Shown here: piece by piece, positions 7,418 to 15,254 of the stretch
Numbering within the stretch: position 1 is the stretch's first letter
Layout of the letters: the number at the start of each line of letters is the position of its first letter
Notes under the pieces: generated by a model
Told to the model about the DNA's origin: nothing
The model's database searches: none
Seen by the model: the letters and a program-made list of their open reading frames with translations, nothing else
Program-made: the position numbers and the translations under genes
Assembly (NCBI GenBank): GCA_049296095.1
Contig: JBAQRV010000001.1
Coordinates: forward strand, 660,001-692,000
Length of the DNA: 32,000 nt
Direction: 5' to 3'
Origin: Candidatus Saccharimonadota bacterium
GTDB taxonomy: Bacteria; Patescibacteriota; Saccharimonadia; Saccharimonadales; Saccharimonadaceae

Positions 7418-9502
7418 TTACTGTTCAGCGACAAAGTTGATACCATCAAGACTGAGCCAGACATTGGAACCAAGAATATATCTAACATCGCCATTCGCCA
7501 ATATGTCGATACGGGCAACGCCGTTGTAAGCATTAGCAACAGATATCAGCAGTCGGCCAGCTGGTCGATAGCCAGCAGGCAGGGTTAAGATGTTTGTATC
7601 TTGGGTTGCTGCACTTCCCCTACCGAGGAGTCCCTTGAGACTGACGACTCCATCACTTCCCTTGGTATATTGAGGTGTCGAGAACGGAGCACCGTAATGA
7701 ACCCAGCTGTTCTGCAGGGTCATATTGCACCACTGAGTTGTACAGGTGCTGCCGGTTGCGCGACTCGATGGCCAATAAAGTGAGTGAATTGAATACCATG
7801 CATTGCTACCGCCCTTTGCATCTGCAACACTTGGTGAAGCGCTAACGGAAAAGACAGTATTACCATTTGCAAAGGCAGGCATGTGCATATATTGATTAGG
7901 CGTAGTTGAGGCGGGAAGCGTCCATAGATCAGTGCCGTCAGTTGCTGTTCCTCCGGATATCATCGCCCGTAGTTCGACGCGACCGCTGCCATCAATGGCA
8001 TAGCCAGGGGCCTGTCCGTAGAACGAGTCACCGTAGACGACCCACCCGTTAAGTAACGAGAGGGATGTAAAAGTTGTCCCACTTGGTTGGAAGGCGATAC
8101 CATCTAAACTTACATCGCTATTGATTCCAGAAATCTGCACGACCCCATCAGCACGAACATCAACACGTGTTACCGCACTATTACCTACTCTTTGGTAAAT
8201 ATAGTTTTGTGACGGACGGTAGCCTACGGGTAGAGTCGCAATGGTCTGAGGGTTTGTGCTATTACCTGGTCTTCTCAATAAGCCTTTTAGTACAACAACG
8301 CCAGCAGAGGTTTTTGTGTATCCACCTGGTGCCCATACGTCGCCGTAGTCGACCCAGCCATTTTGGAAATTAAAGTTAGCCCACTTAGGGATTGTAATGG
8401 TAGAGGTTGCGCTGTATGCCGACGTCCCTGCAGTATTAGTTGCTGAGACTCGGCCATTAATCACATCAGTATGGGTACCAGCTGTGACCGTATAAGTATT
8501 GACGTTCTGGTTAGTGACAGGTGTTTGCCAGGCGCCACCATTGATGTTGTATTGGAAGGTATATGAGTCGGCGCCATTGACTTTTGGCCATGTGTAGATC
8601 ACCGAAGTAGGGCTAGACAGTACGCCCGATAGGGTGGGAGCACTCGGCGTTGTTGGGGTAACGACATCCGCAATAGCCGAAGCATTCGTATCAAGGCGAC
8701 TAACACGCACAACAGCTGATCGTTCGATTGTTCGCCCTGCGACGTTTTGGGAGGCATTGATAGCGACACTTGCCGTAGAGAGTGACTGTAGGGCGGTGCC
8801 ACGTTCACCAATTGATACTAAGGTATCTGAAGCGACTGTATTGACCGCGGTTGAAGCAGCGGAATTGTAGTAGCTGACGTTGAAGTTTGCCGCCGTGACA
8901 CCTTCGACAAGTTTGATGTCTTCGGTCTTGCAGAAGACAGCCGTATAGCCTGGTGCGCAGCTTGGTTGTTGCCACGGAGCGACACAATAGACAGACAGGC
9001 TGGTGTAATTTGACGGCATAATGGTGCGACGCCATAGCGTGTTGTTTTTAACAAAATAGACAATATTAATACTCATCGGTGTGTTATCAGCGACTCGACT
9101 ATCGCCGCAGGCATTTGGTTTGTCCTTTTGGTAGACAATACCGCTAGTTGTTGCCAATGGATTACCGGTGGTGGCAAGGGTATTGAGAATCAGACTCGTC
9201 CCACTAGTCCCGCCAACGTTCGTAAAGGCAGTCGCATCATTGTTGTAGCCCTGTGCCTCGCCAGCAACCAAGGTAATATTGTTTGTCGCCAGGAAGGTGG
9301 TGCTGAGCTTGACGTCCTGTTCTATCCGATTTAAGGCATCCTGGACGTTATAGGTGAGGACATTTGATGCTCGTGATGAGAGAACCTCACCGGTCATGCT
9401 GATAATGACAGTCAAGAAGGCGCCAATTGCCAAAATGACGATCGGCGCGATGACGAGCATTTCAATGAGGGTAAAGCCGCGTTGCAGTGTGTGACGGATC
9501 AT
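7418..9502 (-). CDS. Large pilin-like (minor pilin or tip adhesin candidate) protein: prepilin N-terminus, FN3-like domain and three tandem ~100-aa beta-rich repeats
   Basis: QRG|FTLIEMLVIAPIV prepilin motif. FN3-like segment PSAPTLSGVLSSPTSVIYTWPKVNGADSYTFQY. Three repeats share the pattern (Q/L)N(G/S)WV.YG ... LKGLL ... TLP.GYRP ... DG(I)(A/N)F. The ATG at 9502 forms an ATGA overlap with the upstream stop; the ORF track lists 9514. Confidence 0.8.
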   Translation of the reverse strand: MIRHTLQRGFTLIEMLVIAPIVILAIGAFLTVIISMTGEVLSSRASNVLTYNVQDALNRIEQDVKLSTTFLATNNITLVAGEAQGYNNDATAFTNVGGTSGTSLILNTLATTGNPLATTSGIVYQKDKPNACGDSRVADNTPMSINIVYFVKNNTLWRRTIMPSNYTSLSVYCVAPWQQPSCAPGYTAVFCKTEDIKLVEGVTAANFNVSYYNSAASTAVNTVASDTLVSIGERGTALQSLSTASVAINASQNVAGRTIERSAVVRVSRLDTNASAIADVVTPTTPSAPTLSGVLSSPTSVIYTWPKVNGADSYTFQYNINGGAWQTPVTNQNVNTYTVTAGTHTDVINGRVSATNTAGTSAYSATSTITIPKWANFNFQNGWVDYGDVWAPGGYTKTSAGVVVLKGLLRRPGNSTNPQTIATLPVGYRPSQNYIYQRVGNSAVTRVDVRADGVVQISGINSDVSLDGIAFQPSGTTFTSLSLLNGWVVYGDSFYGQAPGYAIDGSGRVELRAMISGGTATDGTDLWTLPASTTPNQYMHMPAFANGNTVFSVSASPSVADAKGGSNAWYSIHSLYWPSSRATGSTCTTQWCNMTLQNSWVHYGAPFSTPQYTKGSDGVVSLKGLLGRGSAATQDTNILTLPAGYRPAGRLLISVANAYNGVARIDILANGDVRYILGSNVWLSLDGINFVAEQ

Positions 9503-9921
9503 CCCATACTCCATGAAGTCAAGATACTACTAACGGTAATTCCGTTAGCGTAGGTTGAGAATTTCAGAGTTTGCTGAGGGTCGTTATAGGTGATAATAAC
9601 TTCAATCTTAGATAGTCCCGAGACAGTGAGACCTGGAGGACAGGAGATTACTACCGAAATAGACACATTAGACAGTCCATCGATCTCTACAGACGAGTTA
9701 GTGAGGGGGGTAGACGCAACACAGGGATTAACCGCCTGAGGTGAGTATCTCCGAAGATAGTCGTACGCTACATTACTCGCCCTCGATTCAGCGCGGGCTT
9801 GGCCACCGTCCTTAATGACGACGTTGAATAGCTGGTAGGCGGCAATCAAAAAGGCAGCAGCAACGAAGAGAGTGATGAGGAGTTCGACTGCGGTGAAACC
9901 AGATTGGGAAGATTTTATCAT
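9499..9921 (-). CDS. Minor pilin / pseudopilin-like protein
   Basis: SQSG|FTAVELLITLFVAAAFLIAAY prepilin-type N-terminus. It has ATGA overlaps with both neighbouring genes. Confidence 0.75.
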   Translation of the reverse strand: MIKSSQSGFTAVELLITLFVAAAFLIAAYQLFNVVIKDGGQARAESRASNVAYDYLRRYSPQAVNPCVASTPLTNSSVEIDGLSNVSISVVISCPPGLTVSGLSKIEVIITYNDPQQTLKFSTYANGITVSSILTSWSMG

Positions 9922-10433
9922 CGATTTTTACTCGTTACCACGTAGACGGTGTTATCTTTTTCGAGACGGTAGTAGAGATTATACTTTCGACCTGTTGCGC
10001 CAGTACTATTTAAGGAGCCATCAGCATTGAGCGGTTGGTAAACGTATTGATTAATAGTCGGTTGAGGCAATACGCCTGTTGTTGTCTGTAAATTATTAGT
10101 TGCAGATATTAAACTGAGCGCCGGTGAAGTGACGCCTGGTGCGCGTAGTGCATCGGGATCGATATCACGTAGTACTTGAAGAATAAAGGCTTCGCCGCCA
10201 CTTGTTGTAAATGCCGCCGAAGGGTATCGACCGACATCGCTAGGGCTATTATCGTAACCGACTCTATAAAAATTTTCAAGGTGAGAAGCAATTATCTCAA
10301 CGTCAGCGGTTCGTTCGGCATCGCGAGAGCTCATTTGGCTTGAACTAAGATTAACAACCGCAAGCAACAACAAGATGCCCATAATAGTGATCGTAATGAT
10401 CAATTCGACAATGGTAAACCCACGCGTTCGCAT
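9918..10433 (-). CDS. Minor pilin / pseudopilin-like protein
   Basis: MRTRG|FTIVELIITITIMGILLLLAV prepilin-type N-terminus with a short leader. Confidence 0.8.
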   Translation of the reverse strand: MRTRGFTIVELIITITIMGILLLLAVVNLSSSQMSSRDAERTADVEIIASHLENFYRVGYDNSPSDVGRYPSAAFTTSGGEAFILQVLRDIDPDALRAPGVTSPALSLISATNNLQTTTGVLPQPTINQYVYQPLNADGSLNSTGATGRKYNLYYRLEKDNTVYVVTSKNR

Positions 10434-10473
10434 GACTATAGCATAAGGGGTTTGAGCTCAAATCGCAAGTGTC

Positions 10474-11493
10474 CTAGAGCTCGAGCGGTTCTTGCTCGAT
10501 TAGAATGCGGAATTTGTCGCGAATTGCACCTATAATTTCGTCTCGCGCTGTTGCAAGATCGGTATAGCTGGTTGCGGATTCGTTGATAAGGACGAGGCTG
10601 TTTTTGTCGTGAACGCGCATACCGTGAAGGAGCTGACCTTTTAAGCCTGCTTGCTCGATGAGCCAACCTGTCGGAACTTTAGCCGTCCCATTACCCATAT
10701 CAAAGGTTTTCATGTCTGGATAGGTCTTTTTTAGATCGTTTAATTGCCAGTCTTCAACAATTGCGTTCTTGAAGAACGACCCAGTATTTGGCCTCGTGGC
10801 AGGGTCGGGGAGTTTATCGGCACGGATTGCCATGACAGCATCACGCACGGTTTGTTGAGTGTAGAGCTTGATATTGTGCTGATCGAAATAGGTTTGCAAG
10901 CTTTCATAGAAAGGTGGCTGAGGTTGATTCTTGGACAATTTTAAGGTGATATTGAGAATGACGTAACGATCCTTCTCAGAACCACGGAATATGCTGTGTC
11001 GGTAAGAGAACTCACATTGTTCATTTGTGAGAGTAACGATCTGATCAGTCTGTGAGTCGTAGGCTTCGAGAGAGATGAGGGTCTCGGAAATCTCTTGGCC
11101 ATAGGCGCCAATATTCTGAACTGGCGCCGCCCCTGTTGTCCCTGGAATCGACGACAATGCTTCGATACCAGTAAGCCGCATGTCAACGGTTCGCTTGACG
11201 GTCTCGTCCCAGCTCTCCCCTGCCCCAATTTTTATTGTTGTTGTATTTATATCATCATTAATAATTTCGAAACCGGGGATACGAATACGGACAACGAGAC
11301 CTGGAAACCCTTCGTCCTTGGCGATGATGTTGCTACCGCCGCCTAATATAAATATTGGTAGATTTTTTGAGCGAGCGTTGCGGTAAACAGTGATGAGTTC
11401 GTCGGTTGAGTGGACTTCGGTAAAAAAGCGTGCAGGGCCACCCAGTTTCATCGTGAGGAGGTTTTTAAGGGGTATGTTTGTGTGGACTTCCAT
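10474..11493 (-). CDS. murB: UDP-N-acetylenolpyruvoylglucosamine reductase (UDP-N-acetylmuramate dehydrogenase)
   Basis: FAD-binding N-terminus LKNLLTMKLGGPARFF ... ILGGGSNII, SYRHSIF, and the long-form (E. coli-type) length of 339 aa. Confidence 0.9.
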   Translation of the reverse strand: MEVHTNIPLKNLLTMKLGGPARFFTEVHSTDELITVYRNARSKNLPIFILGGGSNIIAKDEGFPGLVVRIRIPGFEIINDDINTTTIKIGAGESWDETVKRTVDMRLTGIEALSSIPGTTGAAPVQNIGAYGQEISETLISLEAYDSQTDQIVTLTNEQCEFSYRHSIFRGSEKDRYVILNITLKLSKNQPQPPFYESLQTYFDQHNIKLYTQQTVRDAVMAIRADKLPDPATRPNTGSFFKNAIVEDWQLNDLKKTYPDMKTFDMGNGTAKVPTGWLIEQAGLKGQLLHGMRVHDKNSLVLINESATSYTDLATARDEIIGAIRDKFRILIEQEPLEL

Positions 11494-11527
11494 CTAGCAT
11501 TTAATTATAGCCTTTTGAGTCAGTTTA

Positions 11528-11536
11528 TGCTACAAT
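11528..11536 (+). promoter_or_regulatory. Extended -10 box TGcTACAAT upstream of the tRNA-Arg/tRNA-Lys pair
   Basis: The sequence tgctacaat ends 27 nt before the first tRNA base. Confidence 0.4.
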
Positions 11537-11562
11537 GACCCCTGTACTTCGTGCAAAATCAC

Positions 11563-11639
11563 GCACCCGTAGCTCAGTGGATTAGAGCATCTGTCTTCGG
11601 AACAGAGGGTCGCAAGTTCGAATCTTGCCGGGTGTACCA
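11563..11639 (+). tRNA. tRNA-Arg (anticodon UCG), CCA encoded
   Basis: Manual cloverleaf fold: acceptor gcacccg/cgggtgt, D arm gctc..gagc, anticodon stem tctgt/acaga with loop cuUCGga, T arm gcaag-ttcgaat-cttgc, then a-cca. Confidence 0.9.
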
Positions 11640-11645
11640 CATTGT

Positions 11646-11722
11646 GGGTCAGTAGCTCAGCTGGTTAGAGCGTCTGCCTCTTAAGCAGAATGTCGTGGGT
11701 TCAAGTCCCACCTGACCCTCCA
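11646..11722 (+). tRNA. tRNA-Lys (anticodon CUU), CCA encoded
   Basis: Manual cloverleaf fold: acceptor gggtcag/ctgaccc, anticodon stem tctgc/gcaga with loop cuCUUaa, T arm gtggg-ttcaagt-cccac, then t-cca. Confidence 0.9.
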
Positions 11723-11734
11723 CGAAATGATTGA

Positions 11735-11760
11735 AAAGCTTCCTTTTTCGGAAGCTTTTT
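11735..11760 (+). terminator. Rho-independent terminator after the tRNA pair
   Basis: The sequence aaaGCTTCCtttttcGGAAGCttttt is a 6-bp stem extended by A/T pairs, followed by a T run. Confidence 0.7.
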
Positions 11761-11767
11761 GTGTTTC

Positions 11768-11776
11768 TGGTATAGT
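11768..11776 (+). promoter_or_regulatory. Extended -10 box TGgTATAGT, 6 nt upstream of ATG 11783 (leaderless geometry)
   Basis: The sequence tggtatagt is followed by ttagtt and then ATG, with no SD. Confidence 0.4.
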
Positions 11777-11782
11777 TTAGTT

Positions 11783-12397
11783 ATGAAAAAGAATTATCTC
11801 GTCGGGTACAAATTATTTTTCGCACTACTTGGCTTTAGTGCGATTGTCACTGAAATCGCAACGCTTGTTGCCACAGGTATTTTTAACCCTGCCAACTTCT
11901 TTAGTTTCTTTACGATCGAGGCAAATATCATCGCCGCTACCGTATTTCTGATCAGTGCTTTTGCGACCTATGCGGGCAAGAAGAGTGCAAAACTTGATTT
12001 TATGAGAGGTGCCAGTACCTTCTTTATGATTGTGACCGGTATCGTGTTTGCGGTGCTACTTGCGGGGATTGAAAATGCACAATTAACAGCAGTGCCGTGG
12101 GATAATACAGTGCTTCACTATCTCATCCCAATTGCCGTAGCGATTGATTGGATTATGGATCCACCAGCGCGCCGATTTGCTTTTCGCCAAGGTTTGGCGT
12201 GGATTATCTTTCCGATTCTTTACCTCATTTACTCGCTGTTCCGCGGACCGATTGCCAACTGGTATCCTTATCCATTCTTGAACCCAGCAAACGGTGGCTA
12301 TAACCAAATACTTATAACGAGCCTGATTATTACCGCAGGCGGACTTGTATTGATCTATATTGTGACTCGATTCGGACGAGCTACAAGGAAAAAGTAA
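11783..12397 (+). CDS. Polytopic membrane protein, Pr6Pr / FAR-17a-AIG1-like family (tentative)
   Basis: About six hydrophobic helices and the conserved-looking VLHYLIPIAVAIDW. The ORF-track start at 11759 is TTG inside the terminator, so ATG 11783 (MKKNYLVGY) is preferred. Confidence 0.6.
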   Translation: MKKNYLVGYKLFFALLGFSAIVTEIATLVATGIFNPANFFSFFTIEANIIAATVFLISAFATYAGKKSAKLDFMRGASTFFMIVTGIVFAVLLAGIENAQLTAVPWDNTVLHYLIPIAVAIDWIMDPPARRFAFRQGLAWIIFPILYLIYSLFRGPIANWYPYPFLNPANGGYNQILITSLIITAGGLVLIYIVTRFGRATRKK

Positions 12398-12853
12398 CTA
12401 AGCCTTGTGAAGTGATGGAGCGCTTGAGGCCTTGTCATTCCAGGTTGATTTATCAAGGGCAAGCCAGATAAGCCAGACGACAGGAAGGAAGATGGCGAGA
12501 AGGACAAATACCCCTTCTTTACCGAGCTTCTTACCAATGTGATACATAGAGATATACATAAAGATTGTTGAGACGATGTTGACGAATGGGATAATTGCCA
12601 GGATAGCCCAGAAGCCTTGCTGACCACCGATTTCAAGCATTTTCCAACTGTTATAGAAGGGTACCCAAGCGATCCATGATGGGACGCCGGCTTTCTTAAA
12701 GATTTTGCCAAGGAAGATGGCATAGATCACATATATAATGATTGCGAAGAAGAAGCTGAAGAAAATCATCGCTCCTGAGATTGCGACCGCAGCTGCGACT
12801 GCCTCTGGGTCAGTTGTTGTATAAACCTGTTCTGTGTAGTAATAGTTATCCAT
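12398..12853 (-). CDS. Small membrane protein, DUF5684-like (tentative)
   Basis: The pattern FKKAGVPSWIAWVPFYNSWKMLEIGGQQGFWAILAIIPFVN is typical of that family. The start at ATG 12853 is preferred because a TGcTACAAT box (12871..12863, minus strand) lies downstream of the longer ORF-track start at 12895 (TTG). Confidence 0.6.
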   Translation of the reverse strand: MDNYYYTEQVYTTTDPEAVAAAVAISGAMIFFSFFFAIIIYVIYAIFLGKIFKKAGVPSWIAWVPFYNSWKMLEIGGQQGFWAILAIIPFVNIVSTIFMYISMYHIGKKLGKEGVFVLLAIFLPVVWLIWLALDKSTWNDKASSAPSLHKA

Positions 12854-12862
12854 AATAGTTTC

Positions 12863-12871
12863 ATTGTAGCA
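12863..12871 (-). promoter_or_regulatory. Extended -10 box TGcTACAAT, 9 nt upstream of ATG 12853
   Basis: This is the reverse complement of attgtagca. It sits back-to-back with the folD -10 box. Confidence 0.35.
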
Positions 12872-12878
12872 CATGATT

Positions 12879-12887
12879 TGGTAAGCT
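12879..12887 (+). promoter_or_regulatory. Extended -10-like box TGgTAAGCT, 7 nt upstream of the folD ATG (leaderless geometry)
   Basis: The sequence tggtaagct is followed by atatcca and then ATG 12895, with no SD. Confidence 0.3.
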
Positions 12888-12894
12888 ATATCCA

Positions 12895-13710
12895 ATGAGA
12901 ATTCTAGACGGAAAAGAGTTGGCGGGCTTTATCGAAGAGCGTCAATCTCGCCAAGTGCGTGCCTTGCGCCAAGCTTCACACATCGCCCCAAAATTAGCGA
13001 TTATTCAAACGATCGACAATCCGGTCATTGATACTTATGTGCATTTGAAACAGCAATACGGTGAGGACATTTTGGTGGATGTTGCTATTCACAAGATTGA
13101 CCAAGCTGATCTGATGACGACTATTGCGCAGTTGAATGACGATGATTCGGTTCATGGGATTATTATTCAATTACCTTTGGCTGATAAAAATCAGACTGAA
13201 GAGGCAGTGAATGCAGTTGCTCCTCACAAGGATGTCGACGGGTTAGGTGAGAATGCTCTGCTGACTCCAGCCACGGCGATGGCGATTGACTGGCTATTGG
13301 CTGGGTATAATGTCGACCTAAAGGGTAAGAAGATTGCGATTATTGGTAAAGGAAGGCTAGTCGGTGCGCCATTGGAACGATTATGGCAGACGACAGGTTA
13401 TGACGTGAGTGTCTATGATGATTCAACCGAAGATCTCGCATCGGCGGTTCGAAGTTCGAACATTGTCGTGACTGCAACCGGTGTTCCGAGCTTGATTCGG
13501 AGTCAAATGCTCCAACCTGGCGCGGTGGTTGTTGATGCGGGAACGGCAGCCGAGCATGGCAAGATTGTTGGCGATCTCGCCACAGATGTCCGCGAACGAA
13601 CTGATCTGACAATTACGCCTGAAAAAGGTGGCGTTGGTCCGCTGACGGTGACTGCACTGTTTGACAATGTTATTCAGGCAGCTAAAGCAACCGAAGTACT
13701 AGACGCCTAG
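12895..13710 (+). CDS. folD: Bifunctional 5,10-methylenetetrahydrofolate dehydrogenase / methenyl-THF cyclohydrolase
   Basis: VHGIIIQLPL, IIGKGRLVGAPL and PEKGGVGPLTVTALFDNV, at FolD-like length. Confidence 0.9.
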   Translation: MRILDGKELAGFIEERQSRQVRALRQASHIAPKLAIIQTIDNPVIDTYVHLKQQYGEDILVDVAIHKIDQADLMTTIAQLNDDDSVHGIIIQLPLADKNQTEEAVNAVAPHKDVDGLGENALLTPATAMAIDWLLAGYNVDLKGKKIAIIGKGRLVGAPLERLWQTTGYDVSVYDDSTEDLASAVRSSNIVVTATGVPSLIRSQMLQPGAVVVDAGTAAEHGKIVGDLATDVRERTDLTITPEKGGVGPLTVTALFDNVIQAAKATEVLDA

Positions 13711-14067
13711 AGCTTCTTTGACGCGTTGAACGACTTGACGAGGGGTCAACTCGGCTTTGACGATGTAACTATGTATACCTAGATTGCGAATTTCTTTTGG
13801 TGATTCCTCCTGACCAAGGTTGGTGAGGATGATAACAGGCACATCTTTACCCCATTTCTCTTTTCGGATAGCAGCTAATGCTTCGGCACCATTCATTTCA
13901 GGCATCTGAAGGTCCATAAGAATAAGATCTGGTTGGAAGTTTTCAACAAGTGCCACTCCCCGTTTGCCATTGTTGGCAAGTTGCACGTCGAAACCATCAG
14001 CTTCAAATTTCATGCGGTACATTTGGCTGATAACAGTGTCGTCTTCGATGATGGCAATTTTGGTCAT
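13699..14067 (-). CDS. Stand-alone response-regulator receiver domain (CheY-like, no output domain)
   Basis: MTKIAIIEDD, the phospho-acceptor context DLILMDLQMPEMNG, and ILTN and YIVKA motifs. ATG 14067 is preferred over the longer 14100 start. There is a 12-nt convergent overlap with folD. Confidence 0.85.
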   Translation of the reverse strand: MTKIAIIEDDTVISQMYRMKFEADGFDVQLANNGKRGVALVENFQPDLILMDLQMPEMNGAEALAAIRKEKWGKDVPVIILTNLGQEESPKEIRNLGIHSYIVKAELTPRQVVQRVKEALGV

Positions 14068-14129
14068 GGTTAAGTAATATAATAACAGTAGACACACCAT
14101 ATAACAAAAACCTGCCTATTGGAGCTTGT

Positions 14130-15254
14130 ATGACTTTCACTGCGGAACATGAATTAGACGAAGAGCGACTTTTCAGAAAGCCGACTATAGGCGAGGTTGT
14201 CGAAGTGAGTAATGACCGTGTTTTTGATGCTTTAGGGCGGAGCTATCATCGACGAGAGGTAGTGGTTGGTGATCAGAGCGACAATGATCCAAATACTAGA
14301 CAAAAATTCTTTGAAATGGCAAATCATGCAGAAATGATACTTGCTCTTAATCCGCACCTCAAACCTACCACAGTCGAAAGATATTCTAACGGAAAAAAGC
14401 AATTGGTTGTGGACCGTGCAAACAAACCTGCTATGGAACTCTATTACGACCAAGGATTTCCTACGCAAATGACGGAATGGGGGACGCAGATGATGCTAGC
14501 GATCGCGCTTGAGCCGTTGCAGAGGCTCGACGAGGGCGGAGGGAGATTTTTAAAAGATAGAAAGCTTGATTCTCGGACACTGGAACTTTTTACCTACATG
14601 CCCGATGGGATCGGTCTGCGTGCACGTCAAGCTATCTATAGTGATCTCCTCGTGCGGAAGGCCGAAGTTGCAACACAGGATCGTCTTCAGATTGTTAGCC
14701 TTGGTAGCGGTGCAGCTGTGCCAAATATTCGCGCTACTTTGCAAATAGAGCGACAGGCTTTTAAGGAGGTGGATTGGAACTTTTTTGACAATGATGCGGA
14801 AGCACTTGCAAGTGCAGAATTGTTAATTTCTGAGTCAACTATCGAACACTCTTCATTTGAATATGGCCCAAGTCATACCAACGAGGAAGGAATAAGTGCT
14901 TTTGAAGGCCGAAGTTATATTGAAGCGCGACACGTTGAAAAAGAGTCTCTACATGTCGTTGATGCGCTAGGATTATGGGAATATCTAAATGACAACGAGG
15001 CTGCGACGTTTTTAAGAATGATGTATCCGAAGTTACGTTCAGGCGGTTCTATGATAGTCTCAAATATGTTAAAATCTCGACCGCATCCTCTTTATAACCA
15101 AAAGGCTGTCGGATGGCCAGAAGTAATCATGCGTAGTGATACTGAGCTTTTATCGATTGTGCAAAAATCGAGGACAGTGGTTGATACTGATCAGGTGGTC
15201 ATTACTCACTCGCAAGACGGCGTTTATGCGGTTATGGAAATTCGTAAACCATGA
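14130..15254 (+). CDS. Class I SAM-dependent methyltransferase-like protein with an uncharacterised ~190-aa N-terminal region
   Basis: Rossmann-type motifs: IVSLGSGAA (motif I), NFFDNDAEAL (acidic end of beta-2), VVDALGLWEYL and LRSGGSMIVSN. The SD GGAG lies 5 nt upstream. Its stop overlaps the kinase start (ATGA at 15251-15254). Confidence 0.55.
   Translation: MTFTAEHELDEERLFRKPTIGEVVEVSNDRVFDALGRSYHRREVVVGDQSDNDPNTRQKFFEMANHAEMILALNPHLKPTTVERYSNGKKQLVVDRANKPAMELYYDQGFPTQMTEWGTQMMLAIALEPLQRLDEGGGRFLKDRKLDSRTLELFTYMPDGIGLRARQAIYSDLLVRKAEVATQDRLQIVSLGSGAAVPNIRATLQIERQAFKEVDWNFFDNDAEALASAELLISESTIEHSSFEYGPSHTNEEGISAFEGRSYIEARHVEKESLHVVDALGLWEYLNDNEAATFLRMMYPKLRSGGSMIVSNMLKSRPHPLYNQKAVGWPEVIMRSDTELLSIVQKSRTVVDTDQVVITHSQDGVYAVMEIRKP

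Noticed and set aside
10456-10467. The 12-bp palindrome TTTGAGCTCAAA between murB and the first pilin gene, considered as a terminator or operator.
   Set aside because: It has no loop and no flanking T run. It is short enough to occur by chance, and the genes appear co-transcribed.
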